This document shows positions 1-9,323 of a stretch of 64,000 nucleotides of DNA, one piece after another. Where the stretch lies: positions 2,528,001 to 2,592,000 of the forward strand of contig CAVXGK010000002.1 in NCBI GenBank assembly GCA_963761305.1. The letters are read 5' to 3'. Position 1 is the first letter of the stretch, and every line of letters starts with the position of its first letter. This DNA comes from an uncultured Gemmatimonadaceae bacterium (lineage in GTDB: Bacteria; Gemmatimonadota; Gemmatimonadetes; Gemmatimonadales; Gemmatimonadaceae). The translations under genes were made by a program, and so were the position numbers. The notes beneath the pieces are model-generated. The model was given only the letters and a program-made list of their open reading frames with translations. It searched no databases and had not been told where the DNA came from.

Positions 1-151
1 AAACGGCGGGGGCCCCGGCTTGCGCGACAGGTGGCGAAGCTCAGGCGTGAGGTGTCCCCACGAGAGCGCAAAGTGGCGCCGTGGGAGTCTCAGGTGCTCG
101 CGCCGAAGTCGAATGTGCCCCACGAATACGCTGGACCGTCGTATACCCTGT

Positions 152-203
152 ACATGCACGAACTCGCAAAACGGTCTAGACCGTTTTTCGGGTTCGTGCA
201 TGT
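152..203. repeat. 52-bp near-perfect palindrome upstream of ECF sigma gene
   Basis: Left arm ACATGCACGAACTCGCAAAACGGTCT versus reverse complement of right arm ACATGCACGAACCCGAAAAACGGTCT: 24/26 matches, no spacer. Confidence 0.9.
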
Positions 204-282
204 TCTAAGTGGGGACCGCCGAGCGGCGGACCAACGGTGAGCGGCCGCACAGCGGCTGCGTGACGCACCTTTACGAGACCGG

Positions 283-990
283 ATGACCGATCAATCCACA
301 ATCCTGCAGGTTGTGGGCGCTCCGCCGGCGGATTCTTCCGACGGCCGGGGCGATCAGGGGGCCCGCGAGACACGCGAACCGGGCCCGGAGCTCGAGCGCG
401 AATTCGAGGCGATTTACCGCCGCGAGTTCCCGGTCGCGCTGCGATTCGCGCGGCGCTATGTGGACGATGCGACGGCTGAAGACGTGGTGCAGTCCGTATT
501 CATGAAATACTGGGAGGGCTACACGCAAACGCCGGCGCTGGTGTTCCGACCGGATGCAGCGCGCACGCAGGCGGCCATCCTGGCGTCGGTGCGCAACGAG
601 TTGGGGATGGCGCGCCGACACGCGAAAACGTTGCTGCGGAAGGCCGACCAGATCCGCGCCGCGGTCGTCGACACGATGCGCAACGCGGCGGCGCCGGAGC
701 GGCGGCCGGCCGAGTTGGAGTTGTCGGAGGCCGTGGCGCGGGCCCTCGACCGGTTGCCAACGCGCCAGCGCGAGGTCTTCGCGCTCGTGAAGTTCGACGA
801 GAAGTCGTACGAGGAGGCAGGGGAAATTCTGGGTATCTCACCACGAACCGTTCATCAGCACTTGGTGAAGGCGAACGCGCGGCTCCGCGCGGAACTGGCG
901 GAGTACGCGATCCCGGAGCCCGATTGGTCGTATCTCGACTACTACGAAGACGTGCGCGACGGCGGAGGGAGGAAGGATGAGCAACCTTGA
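283..990 (+). CDS. ECF RNA polymerase sigma-70 factor
   Basis: Region 2 (AEDVVQSVFMKYW) and region 4.2 (LPTRQREVFALVKFDEKSYEEAGEILGISPRTVHQHLVKA). Confidence 0.9.
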   Translation: MTDQSTILQVVGAPPADSSDGRGDQGARETREPGPELEREFEAIYRREFPVALRFARRYVDDATAEDVVQSVFMKYWEGYTQTPALVFRPDAARTQAAILASVRNELGMARRHAKTLLRKADQIRAAVVDTMRNAAAPERRPAELELSEAVARALDRLPTRQREVFALVKFDEKSYEEAGEILGISPRTVHQHLVKANARLRAELAEYAIPEPDWSYLDYYEDVRDGGGRKDEQP

Positions 991-1378
991 TGGGGAGGCG
1001 GCGCCGGTGACGGCGACGGACGCCGACGCGGCCATGGCTGCCGGGCTGGCCCGACTCAAGGATCTGGTGGCAGACTGGCGACTGACACTCGACGCGGCGA
1101 TGGCAGTCGAGCGAATCGCCGAGCGGTCATTGAGCATCGTGACGGCCTATCTGGCCGGCGAGCTGCCACCGGCGATCGCGGGCGAGGTGACGGACATTCT
1201 GCGGACCGAGCCGTGGTTGCGCGCCGCGCACGCCAAACTATTCGCGGCCTGGCAGGCGCCGAACGCCGAGCGAGCGGTGAGCAAAGAGGAAGTCGATACA
1301 GCGTATGGCCGATTCGAGGCGATGCGCGCGGCGAAGTTCGGCCGAGGTGCGGCCGGGCGGGGGCCATCGAGCGCGTGA
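977..1378 (+). CDS. Hypothetical protein, putative cytoplasmic anti-sigma (degenerate zf-HC2-like)
   Basis: Overlaps sigma stop; AYLAGELP...EVTDILRTEPWLRA resembles an anti-sigma N-domain without Zn ligands. Confidence 0.55.
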   Translation: MSNLDGEAAPVTATDADAAMAAGLARLKDLVADWRLTLDAAMAVERIAERSLSIVTAYLAGELPPAIAGEVTDILRTEPWLRAAHAKLFAAWQAPNAERAVSKEEVDTAYGRFEAMRAAKFGRGAAGRGPSSA

Positions 1379-1674
1379 GACCGAATCTCGGTCCGCCGCG
1401 CGAGCTGCTCGTCCGCCCGCTCGAAAGCGATCATCGCCGCGCGGTGGTACGCTTGGCGTCGGCAACAGGTATCATCGGCGGCAGCTCGCTGGCGGCGATG
1501 GCGCTGTTCGCGTCGCACGCGAGGCTCGGCTGGCGTCTCGTCAGCCTGATCGGGGGCGTGGCGTCGGTGGCGCTGGCTGCGTGGCGCTTCAGACGGCCGA
1601 GCAAACGGAACCTGCTCGGCATGGTGGTTCTGGGGTGGACCATCGCGGCGGCCGCGCTCGCGATGTGGACCTAG
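1375..1674 (+). CDS. Small membrane protein (about 3 TM helices)
   Basis: GTGA overlap with previous stop; three hydrophobic stretches. Confidence 0.6.
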   Translation: MRPNLGPPRELLVRPLESDHRRAVVRLASATGIIGGSSLAAMALFASHARLGWRLVSLIGGVASVALAAWRFRRPSKRNLLGMVVLGWTIAAAALAMWT

Positions 1675-1675
1675 C

Positions 1676-2677
1676 TCAGAGCTCGCGACTGAGAATGCGG
1701 CGCAGCATCGACGTGTCGATGTTGCCGCCACAGAAGATGATGCCGACGCGCTTGCCGGCGAGGCGGTCGGCGAGCTTGGGCAGCGCGGCGAAACCCATCG
1801 CGCCCGCGCCTTCCACCAGATTGTGCGTCTCGGCGACGATCGTACGCAGCGATTCGGCGATCTCGGCGTCGGTCACGGTCACGAATCCGGCGAGACCGTC
1901 TTGCAACGCGGGAAACGTGAGGTCGTAGGTCGTCCGCGTCGCGACGCCTTCGGCGAACGTGTCCGAGCGCGGCGTCGTGAGACGCGTGTGCGCGTGCCAC
2001 GAATCGTGAATCGCGCTCGCGCCGGCGGCCTGCACGCCGTACACCTCGAGCGCGGGTGACAACTCGCGCGCCACCGTCATCGCGCCGACCGCCTGCGAGC
2101 CGCCGCCGACGGCGATCACCAGCGCGTCGATCGCCGGCTCCTGCGAAAGAATCTCGAGCGTCATCGTACCCGCGCCGGCCACGATGCGCGGATCGTTCGT
2201 CGAGTGCGCGATCGTGCGCCCTTCCCTCTCGGCGATGCGCAGCATCACGCCGACGGCCTCGTCGTAGTCGTTGCCTTCTTCGACGACGGTGGCGCCGAGG
2301 GCGCGCATCGCGGTGTTCTTGCCGGGATTGTTGCCCGCCGGCACGCACACGGTGACGCTCACGCCGAGCAGTTGACCGCCGAACGCGATCCCTTGCCCGT
2401 GGTTTCCCGTGGAGGCCGCGACGACACCGCGCCGGCGTTCGTCGGGCCCAAGCGCCGTCATGAACGAGAGGCCGTTCCGGATCTTGAACGAGTTTGTCGG
2501 CTGGTGGTTCTCGTGCTTGACGTAGACGTCGATGTCGTGGCCCGCCAACTGGGCGAGACGCGGGTATCGGCGAAACGGAGTCGGCGCGAGAAAAGGCGCG
2601 ATTCGTTCGCCGGCGGCCCGCACGTCGTCGAACGTGATCGGCCAGGCCGTCCTGGTCGCGTCGGGGGTCGCGGTCAT
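1676..2677 (-). CDS. PLP-dependent threonine/serine dehydratase family protein (catalytic domain only)
   Basis: KHENHQPTNSFKIRN PLP-lysine motif, ASTGNHG, VGGGS, CGGNID. Confidence 0.9.
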   Translation of the reverse strand: MTATPDATRTAWPITFDDVRAAGERIAPFLAPTPFRRYPRLAQLAGHDIDVYVKHENHQPTNSFKIRNGLSFMTALGPDERRRGVVAASTGNHGQGIAFGGQLLGVSVTVCVPAGNNPGKNTAMRALGATVVEEGNDYDEAVGVMLRIAEREGRTIAHSTNDPRIVAGAGTMTLEILSQEPAIDALVIAVGGGSQAVGAMTVARELSPALEVYGVQAAGASAIHDSWHAHTRLTTPRSDTFAEGVATRTTYDLTFPALQDGLAGFVTVTDAEIAESLRTIVAETHNLVEGAGAMGFAALPKLADRLAGKRVGIIFCGGNIDTSMLRRILSREL

Positions 2678-4029
2678 CGAGGCAGTTCTGTCGAGATGAG
2701 CATCGACGTGAGCGCCACGATGATGACGCCAATGATCAGCTCACCCAGCGCGCTGCGGGCGAAGCGCCGTCCGGTGTCGTTGGTCCACTCGGACGTGACG
2801 AATCGCCGCCAATGATAGACGCCGAACGCCAACGCGACGACCACGAATATGAGTTTGCGAAAGAGCCAGCTGCCGTAATCGGTCGTCCAGAGCGTGCTCA
2901 ACGTCGGCAAGCGCAGGAACGCTGCGATGACGCCGCTCGCCACCACGAGCACGACGCCGTCGACCGCGGCCGTATGGTACGAGCGGGTCAACGATGAGCC
3001 GGCTCGCGGCGATTCGGCGGAGCTCATGCGTCCGAGCGCCGGCAGTCCGACGAGGACCATCATCGCCAGCGCGCCCATCCAGGCACCGGCGCCCAGCACG
3101 TGGGTCACGTCGGCGGAGATCGAGAGCGCCGGGTGTCGAAGCGCCGCGGCGTGGCCGGTCAGCGCTTCGCTCACGCAGATGAGCACCGCGCCCAGAGCGG
3201 CCAGAAACCACCCTGCCGTCGAACGCGCGGCGATCATGAGACCGAGCAGCACGGTCACGGCGCCGACGGCCCCCGTGAACCAACCGTGGCCCCATCGCGT
3301 GTCGCGTGCGACGTCGACGACCGCTCCGAGGGATGAACTGGCCCCCGCCAGAAGTTGCGATTGCAACACGACGCGCGCGATCGTCGCGGCGATGAACACC
3401 ATGATCGCGGCGACCGCCCACCGCCGCGATCGGGTCGCCGCGTCGCGAACGGCATCGTCGGGCCAGCCCGCCTGCGCGAGCACGCCGAGCCTGAAGACGA
3501 CGGCGCCAATCACCAACAAAAGAGCGGCCAGCTCAGCCCACCGCACCGGGGCCGGGGTCGCCGCACCTTGGGGCATGGGCATCGACGTCGGCGCGACCGG
3601 AGTGACCGTCACGCTGGGCTTCTGCGCGGGAGGAGCAGCGGGCGCCGCCACGCCGTTCACGCGAAACGAGAATTTGCCGTTCGTCGCGTGTCCGTCGGAC
3701 GCGGCCGTACGCCATACGATGGAGTAGGCCCCCCGCGACAGCGAGCCATTTATCGCGAGCGACAGCCCATTCTGCGGGAGGGCCGTCGGCGGTCCGAGCG
3801 GGATCTGAGCGCCGGCGGAGTCGAGCAACTGAACGGTCGTGAAGCGCAGCTCGGGTTGCTCGGAGAACCAAAGCGAGATCGTGGTCGGCGCCGTGTCGAG
3901 CACGGCGTTCGCGGCGGGCGTGCTCTTGACGAGCCGCGCATGCGCGAAGAGAATCGCGGGCGTGGCCAACACGGCGATCGCGGACAGCGCGACGGCGATC
4001 GGATGACGGAGAGCTCGGGGGATTCGCAC
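2674..4029 (-). CDS. Copper resistance CopC/CopD fusion protein
   Basis: Signal peptide then HARLVKSTPA, WRTAASDGH (CopC); multi-TM CopD part with LTGHAA and HVLGAGAWMG. Confidence 0.9.
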   Translation of the reverse strand: MRIPRALRHPIAVALSAIAVLATPAILFAHARLVKSTPAANAVLDTAPTTISLWFSEQPELRFTTVQLLDSAGAQIPLGPPTALPQNGLSLAINGSLSRGAYSIVWRTAASDGHATNGKFSFRVNGVAAPAAPPAQKPSVTVTPVAPTSMPMPQGAATPAPVRWAELAALLLVIGAVVFRLGVLAQAGWPDDAVRDAATRSRRWAVAAIMVFIAATIARVVLQSQLLAGASSSLGAVVDVARDTRWGHGWFTGAVGAVTVLLGLMIAARSTAGWFLAALGAVLICVSEALTGHAAALRHPALSISADVTHVLGAGAWMGALAMMVLVGLPALGRMSSAESPRAGSSLTRSYHTAAVDGVVLVVASGVIAAFLRLPTLSTLWTTDYGSWLFRKLIFVVVALAFGVYHWRRFVTSEWTNDTGRRFARSALGELIIGVIIVALTSMLISTELPR

Positions 4030-4158
4030 GCCCTAAGATCGAGACCAGAGGCGTCGCGCGCAAACGCACCCGTCGCGCTCCGTTCGCCGGCCCGTCGTGC
4101 GCCAGGGGCGGAACCACATACATTTCGCGCCACTCGAAACGCCCACCCAAGTCCGGCG

Positions 4159-4794
4159 ATGCTTTCGTTCACTTCGATTCTGCTGCTCGGATTCGTGCTC
4201 GGCATGCGACACGCGACCGATCCGGATCACGTGGTCGCCGTCACGACCATAGTGAGCGACGAAAAATCCCTCTGGCGTGCGAGCATGGTGGGGGCGGTGT
4301 GGGGCGTGGGCCACAGCATCACGATTCTCGCCGTCGGCGGCGCGATCGTGCTGTTCCGTCTCGTCATTCCGCCGCGACTCGGCTTGATGCTCGAGTTCTG
4401 CGTTGCACTCATGCTGATCGCGCTCGGCATGCTCACGCTGAGCGGCCGGCGGCTCGGGTCGCCGAACAACATGGCTCGGCCGCTCGTCGTTGGAATCGTG
4501 CACGGGCTGGCGGGATCGGCGTTCGTCGCGCTGCTCGTGCTGGCGGCGGTGCCGGGGGCGGTACTCCAACTTCTGTACCTGGCGCTCTTCGCGACCGGGA
4601 CGATCGGCGGCATGGCGCTCATCACCGCGGTGGTCGCGCTCCCGTCGGCGGTGACGGCACGTCGATTCGTGCGCGTTCAGGGATATCTTCGCGTCGCGAG
4701 CGGACTGGCGAGTCTCGTGTTTGGCGTGGTGCTGGTGCAACGCGGCGTATCACAAGGCCTGTTCGACGCCGTACCGCACTGGACGCCGCAGTGA
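4159..4794 (+). CDS. High-affinity nickel/cobalt transporter-like (NiCoT/UreH/RcnA superfamily) membrane protein
   Basis: GMRHATDPDH, WGVGHS and GIVHGLAGS motifs; multiple TM helices. Confidence 0.85.
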   Translation: MLSFTSILLLGFVLGMRHATDPDHVVAVTTIVSDEKSLWRASMVGAVWGVGHSITILAVGGAIVLFRLVIPPRLGLMLEFCVALMLIALGMLTLSGRRLGSPNNMARPLVVGIVHGLAGSAFVALLVLAAVPGAVLQLLYLALFATGTIGGMALITAVVALPSAVTARRFVRVQGYLRVASGLASLVFGVVLVQRGVSQGLFDAVPHWTPQ

Positions 4795-5525
4795 CCGCGG
4801 TCGCGCGCCGGCGGGGGGAATTCAGCCGGCGGCTGCGACGCTGGTACGCTCGAAACGCACGCGATCTCCCGTGGCGGCGCACCAGAGACCCGTACGAGGT
4901 ACTCGTCTCGGAGCTCATGCTGCAGCAGACGCAGGTGTCGCGCGTGGTGACCCGGTACGCCGAGTTCCTCGAACGGTTCCCCACTCTTCACGATGTTGCG
5001 CGCGCCACGCCGGCTCGAGTCATGGAAGCGTGGGAGGGACTCGGCTACTACGCGCGAGCGCGCAATCTCCATAAACTCGCGCGCGAGGTGACGAATCACG
5101 GCCGCTCGCGCGAGGCACGACTCCCGGCTGATCCCGGCGAGCTCCGCGGGCTTCCGGGAATCGGTGCGTACACGGCTGGGGCCGTGTCATCGTTCGCCTA
5201 CGAGCGGAGAGCCGCGCTGGTCGACACGAACGTGTCGCGGGTCATCAAGCGAGCCTTCGTGCCGTCGGTCGACGCGAAGTCGTCGCGCGGGCAACGCAAG
5301 GTGTGGGCGATCGCCGAATCGCTGCTGCCGCGCACGGGCCGCGCCACCTGGACGCACAATCAGGCGCTGATGGAGCTTGGCGCGCTCGTATGCACAGCCC
5401 GCGTGGCCCATTGCGGCCGGTGCCCGGTCCGCGCAATGTGTGCCTCAGCGGCGAAACCCGGCCGAGGGCGCCGGCGTAGTTCGAGTGTGACCAGCCCGAT
5501 ACACAGCGCGGAGGAAGCCCGGTGA
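4791..5525 (+). CDS. mutY: A/G-specific adenine DNA glycosylase (HhH-GPD, 4Fe-4S), short form
   Basis: RDLPWRRT..PYEVLVSELMLQQTQV, WEGLGYYARARNL, LPGIGAYTA, VDTNV, C-x6-C-x2-C-x5-C. Confidence 0.9.
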   Translation: MTAVARRRGEFSRRLRRWYARNARDLPWRRTRDPYEVLVSELMLQQTQVSRVVTRYAEFLERFPTLHDVARATPARVMEAWEGLGYYARARNLHKLAREVTNHGRSREARLPADPGELRGLPGIGAYTAGAVSSFAYERRAALVDTNVSRVIKRAFVPSVDAKSSRGQRKVWAIAESLLPRTGRATWTHNQALMELGALVCTARVAHCGRCPVRAMCASAAKPGRGRRRSSSVTSPIHSAEEAR

Positions 5526-5839
5526 GCGAGGACGCGATGATCCTGCGAGATATTTTCGCCTTCGTGATCGGCGTCGTGGCCATCGGATGCTTCACGGGCG
5601 TGCTTACCACGTGGATCAAGTACCGCGCGAAGCGCGTGGTGAACGCCGACGTCAACGCGCGGCTGGGTGAGATCGCCGATCGCCTGGCGAAGCTCGACAA
5701 TGCCGTCGATTCGATGTCGGTGGAGGTCGAGCGGATTTCGGAAGGCCAGCGCTTCGTGACGAAGCTGTTCGCCGAGCGCGGCACGGCGGCTGCTCTGCCT
5801 GATGGCGTGCGAGCCGGCGGGTCGACCCCCCGCCACTAG
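5522..5839 (+). CDS. Hypothetical membrane-anchored coiled-coil protein
   Basis: N-terminal TM then RLAKLDNAVDSMSVEVERISEGQRFVTKL; overlaps mutY stop. Confidence 0.7.
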   Translation: MSEDAMILRDIFAFVIGVVAIGCFTGVLTTWIKYRAKRVVNADVNARLGEIADRLAKLDNAVDSMSVEVERISEGQRFVTKLFAERGTAAALPDGVRAGGSTPRH

Positions 5840-5906
5840 GCCAACTAGATTTTAGCTCACGTGAGACGGAGCCAGCGCGCTCCGTCTCGGTCACTTTTGG
5901 AGATTC

Positions 5907-7313
5907 GTGAGCATGAGCACCACATTGGCCGCGCCGACTGGGGGGGGGGCCTCTCCATCGGGCGAGCTCCGAGCCACCGGCACGCTGGACATCAAGGACT
6001 CTCGCACCGACAAGTCCTACTCCGTTCAAATCGTGCAGGGCGGCGTCGAAGGCGACACGGCCTCGCGCGCGATGGATCTCCGGCAGATCAAGACGTCGCC
6101 CGACGAATTCGGTCTGATGACGTACGATCCCGCTTTCATGAATACGGCGTCGTGCAAGAGCGCGATCACCTTTATTGACGGCGACAAGGGAATCCTCCGC
6201 TACCGCGGCTATCCCATCGAACAGCTCGCCGAGAAATCGACATTTCTCGAAGTGGCGTGGCTGCTCCGCAACGGCGAGCTGCCCACGCAGAGCGAGTACG
6301 ACTCGTGGGTGCACGACATCACGTACCACACGTACGTGCACGAGAACATCAAGACGTTCCTGCAGGGCTTCCGCTACGACGCGCATCCGATGTCGATGCT
6401 CTGCTCGACCGTCGCGGCGCTGTCGTCGTTCTATCCGGAAGCGAAGAACATCCACGAGCCGGAGCAGCGGAACATTTCGATCATCCGCTTGCTCGCCAAG
6501 CTGCCGACGCTCGCCGCGTTCTGCTACCGGCACATCAAGGGTCTGCCCTTCATCTATCCCGACAACGACCTGAGCTACGTCGAGAATTTCCTGTCGATGG
6601 TGGCGCGGATGTCGGAGCCGAAGTACGAGGCGAATCCTGTTTTCGTGAACGCGCTGGAGATTTTGTTCATTCTCCACGCGGACCACGAACAGAATTGCTC
6701 GACCAGCGCGGTGCGCGCCGTCGGGTCATCGTACGTCGACCCGTTCTCGGCGATCGCGGCCGGCGTCGCGGCACTGTACGGCCCACTGCACGGCGGCGCG
6801 AACGAGCAGGTGCTCCGCATGATCAGCGAGATCGGCCACCCGAAGAACGTCGCCGGCTTTATCGACGACGTGAAGGGCGGAAAGGGGAGCCGCCTCATGG
6901 GCTTCGGCCACCGCGTGTACAAGAGCTACGATCCGCGCGCCAAGATCGTGAAGAAGCTGGCCGACGAGGTGTTCAAACAGGTCGGCGTGGACAAGGATCT
7001 CGAGATCGCGCTCAAGCTCGAGGAAGCGGCGCTGCACGACGACTACTTCATCTCGCGCAAGCTCTATCCGAACGTCGACTTCTACACGGGGCTGATCTAT
7101 CGGTCGATGGCGTTCCCGACCGACTTCTTCACCGTGCTCTTTGCCGTCGCGCGCACCGCCGGTTGGCTCGCGCAGTGGGAAGAGATGCTCAACGACAAGG
7201 AGCAGAAGATCGCGCGCCCGCGGCAGATCTACACCGGCTATGGCGAACGGCCGTTCAAGTCCCGGCTGTCGAACCGGTTTCCGCCCGCGAAGCGCGACCC
7301 GATGAAAGTGTAA
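5907..7313 (+). CDS. gltA: Citrate synthase
   Basis: GILRYRGYPI, LHADHEQNCST, GPLHGGANE, LMGFGHRVYK..DPRA, YPNVDFY. Confidence 0.97.
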   Translation: MSMSTTLAAPTGGGASPSGELRATGTLDIKDSRTDKSYSVQIVQGGVEGDTASRAMDLRQIKTSPDEFGLMTYDPAFMNTASCKSAITFIDGDKGILRYRGYPIEQLAEKSTFLEVAWLLRNGELPTQSEYDSWVHDITYHTYVHENIKTFLQGFRYDAHPMSMLCSTVAALSSFYPEAKNIHEPEQRNISIIRLLAKLPTLAAFCYRHIKGLPFIYPDNDLSYVENFLSMVARMSEPKYEANPVFVNALEILFILHADHEQNCSTSAVRAVGSSYVDPFSAIAAGVAALYGPLHGGANEQVLRMISEIGHPKNVAGFIDDVKGGKGSRLMGFGHRVYKSYDPRAKIVKKLADEVFKQVGVDKDLEIALKLEEAALHDDYFISRKLYPNVDFYTGLIYRSMAFPTDFFTVLFAVARTAGWLAQWEEMLNDKEQKIARPRQIYTGYGERPFKSRLSNRFPPAKRDPMKV

Positions 7314-7325
7314 GTCCGCGGGAAG

Positions 7326-7970
7326 TCAGACAGGCTTGCCGCGCGACAGCTTCAAGACCGTGTCCCACTCTTTCGGCGTGACCGGCTGCACCGACAGCCG
7401 GCCAAGCCGGACGAGGGCCATCGACGCGAGCGCCTTCGTCTTTTTGATCTCGTCCAGCGAGACGGGGCGCGGCAACGGTTCGATGCCGCGGATGTCGACC
7501 ATGAACCACGTCGGCGCGTCGGCGTTGCTCTTGGGATCGAAGTGCGGGTCGTTGGGGTCGAGCGCCGAATGGTCCGGATATGCCTCGCGCGCGACCTCGG
7601 CGATGCCGACGATGGCCGACGGATCGGCGTTCGAGTGGTAGAAGAAGACCCGGTCGCCCTTCTTCATCGCCCGCAAATGGCCACGCGCGGCGAAATTCCG
7701 GACGCCGTCCCAGAACGTGGTTCGATCCGGGAGCCCCAGCAGATCGCCGAACGAGAACGTGTTTGGCTCCGATTTGACGAGCCAGTAGCCGCCGCTTTCG
7801 GCGGCCGCGGGTCGCGGGCGAGAGCGTTTCGCGCCGCGCTTCGCTGGAGCTCGCTTGGCGGGAGCGGACGACTTGCGACTCTTGGTGCGCTTCGGGGGGG
7901 AGTTGCTTTGGGCATCGGATGAGCGCGGTGGGACCGACAACAGCCTAGTTTTCGCGCGTGAACATCGCAA
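7326..7970 (-). CDS. EVE domain protein with basic low-complexity N-terminus (true start probably downstream of 7970)
   Basis: YWLVKSEP, WDGVRNFAAR, FFYHS, RLSVQPV. Confidence 0.88.
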   Translation of the reverse strand: MRCSRAKTRLLSVPPRSSDAQSNSPPKRTKSRKSSAPAKRAPAKRGAKRSRPRPAAAESGGYWLVKSEPNTFSFGDLLGLPDRTTFWDGVRNFAARGHLRAMKKGDRVFFYHSNADPSAIVGIAEVAREAYPDHSALDPNDPHFDPKSNADAPTWFMVDIRGIEPLPRPVSLDEIKKTKALASMALVRLGRLSVQPVTPKEWDTVLKLSRGKPV

Positions 7971-8539
7971 GCGGTTTCGGAGCGATCGTCCTCGGCGTGA
8001 AGTCGGCTTTGCTCGCCATTGGAGGCCTCGTCGCGCTCGCCTGCGTCCTCGACTGGGCAGTGCGGACGCGTCGAATCAATCCGTTCAGCAGAGCGGCGCG
8101 CTTCGTTCGCGCGCGCGTCGATCCGCTGATGTCGCCGATCGAGCGGGTCATCGTGCGCACCGGTGGGGTGCCGTCGTCGGCGCCGCTGTGGATGATCGTC
8201 GGCTACGCGCTGTTCGGCATCCTGCTCGTGACGCTGCTTCAGCTACTCGGCGGCGTGCTCGCCGAGGTAGCCTACGGCGTCCGAACGCCGGCGGCGATCC
8301 CGATCCTGCTCGCCTCGTGGGCGTTCTCGCTGCTCCGGCTGGCGCTTCTGGTGCGCGTGATCTCGTCGTGGCTGCCGATTTCGCCGTATTCGGGATGGAT
8401 TCGCTGGTCGTACGTGCTCACGGAGTGGATGGTCGCGCCGCTGCGGCGGCTGATTCCGAACCTCGGACCGATCGACATCACGCCGATCGTCGCCTGGCTC
8501 TTGCTCAGTTTGTTGCAGAGCGTGCTCGGCGTTCCGTGA
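7958..8539 (+). CDS. yggT: YggT family membrane protein
   Basis: Two YGGT-like repeats; RVISSW, TEWMVAPLRRLIP..G.IDITPIVA. Confidence 0.85.
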   Translation: MNIASGFGAIVLGVKSALLAIGGLVALACVLDWAVRTRRINPFSRAARFVRARVDPLMSPIERVIVRTGGVPSSAPLWMIVGYALFGILLVTLLQLLGGVLAEVAYGVRTPAAIPILLASWAFSLLRLALLVRVISSWLPISPYSGWIRWSYVLTEWMVAPLRRLIPNLGPIDITPIVAWLLLSLLQSVLGVP

Positions 8540-8844
8540 GTCCGCTCCGCGTGAACGTATCGAAGGGTCGAGTCCGGTTGTCGGTTCGCGTTCAGCCGCG
8601 AGCGGCGCGCAGCGAGATCGTCGGCGTTCACGGCGACGCGCTCAAGGTGCGACTCGCCGCGCCGCCGGTGGATGGCGCGGCGAATGAAGAGTTGGTTCAA
8701 TTGTTTTCACGTACCTTCGCAGTGGCGCGGCGATCGGTTAGAATTCTCGCCGGCGAGCACTCGCGATCGAAGATCGTCGAGATCGATGGAGTCACGGACG
8801 GCGCCATTCGCGCCGTCGTCGAAGGCGGGGGTGGGGCTCAATGA
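8536..8844 (+). CDS. yggU: DUF167 (YggU) family protein
   Basis: VRVQPRA, LKVRLAAPPVDGAAN, GEHSRSK; follows yggT with GTGA overlap. Confidence 0.9.
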   Translation: MSPLRVNVSKGRVRLSVRVQPRAARSEIVGVHGDALKVRLAAPPVDGAANEELVQLFSRTFAVARRSVRILAGEHSRSKIVEIDGVTDGAIRAVVEGGGGAQ

Positions 8845-9278
8845 CGGGTTCTGCCGCGGAAACCATGGCGCAAATTCTTCTGATCGGCACGGAGACGCCT
8901 CTCCTCGAGGGTCTCGCCCAATCGTTCGCGGCGCTCGGACTCGGGACATCGGTGATTCCGACGCTCCACGAGGCGCGAGAGGTCGCGGCGCAGCAGGCTC
9001 CCCTGATCGCCCTCGTGAGCCACGCTCTCGCGGCCGAGTCGACTGGAGAGACGCTGAACATTCCGCTGGCTCCCGGCGGCGCGCTCGTGCTCTACCGAGC
9101 GGGCACGACCGGCACCGCGGCTCTGTCTCCGACGCTCCAACGCGCCGTGCTCGCGGATCTGGCTTTGCCGCTGGAACGAAACCGCCTCATCGCGCTCGTG
9201 CAGCACGTCGGCGAACGCGCGAAGACGACGGGCCGTGGTTTCGACGATTCGAATCGCGAGCGTCCGACGCGCGCCTGA
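8841..9278 (+). CDS. Hypothetical protein, degenerate receiver-like alpha/beta fold
   Basis: ILLIG...LEGLAQSF...L.LPLERNRL pattern; ATGA overlap with yggU. Confidence 0.6.
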   Translation: MTGSAAETMAQILLIGTETPLLEGLAQSFAALGLGTSVIPTLHEAREVAAQQAPLIALVSHALAAESTGETLNIPLAPGGALVLYRAGTTGTAALSPTLQRAVLADLALPLERNRLIALVQHVGERAKTTGRGFDDSNRERPTRA

Positions 9279-9323
9279 CGCGCCTGACGCGTCTCTACCA
9301 AATCCGAGGCGTGTGAATCGTCG

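Noticed and set aside
30..125. Two CTCAGG motifs suggestive of a glycine riboswitch
   Set aside because: GGAGA and CCGAAG elements are not in the required order and no glycine-related gene follows.
1689..1715. Third CTGAGAAT occurrence
   Set aside because: No TGCGT at the N14 spacing; lies antisense inside a CDS.
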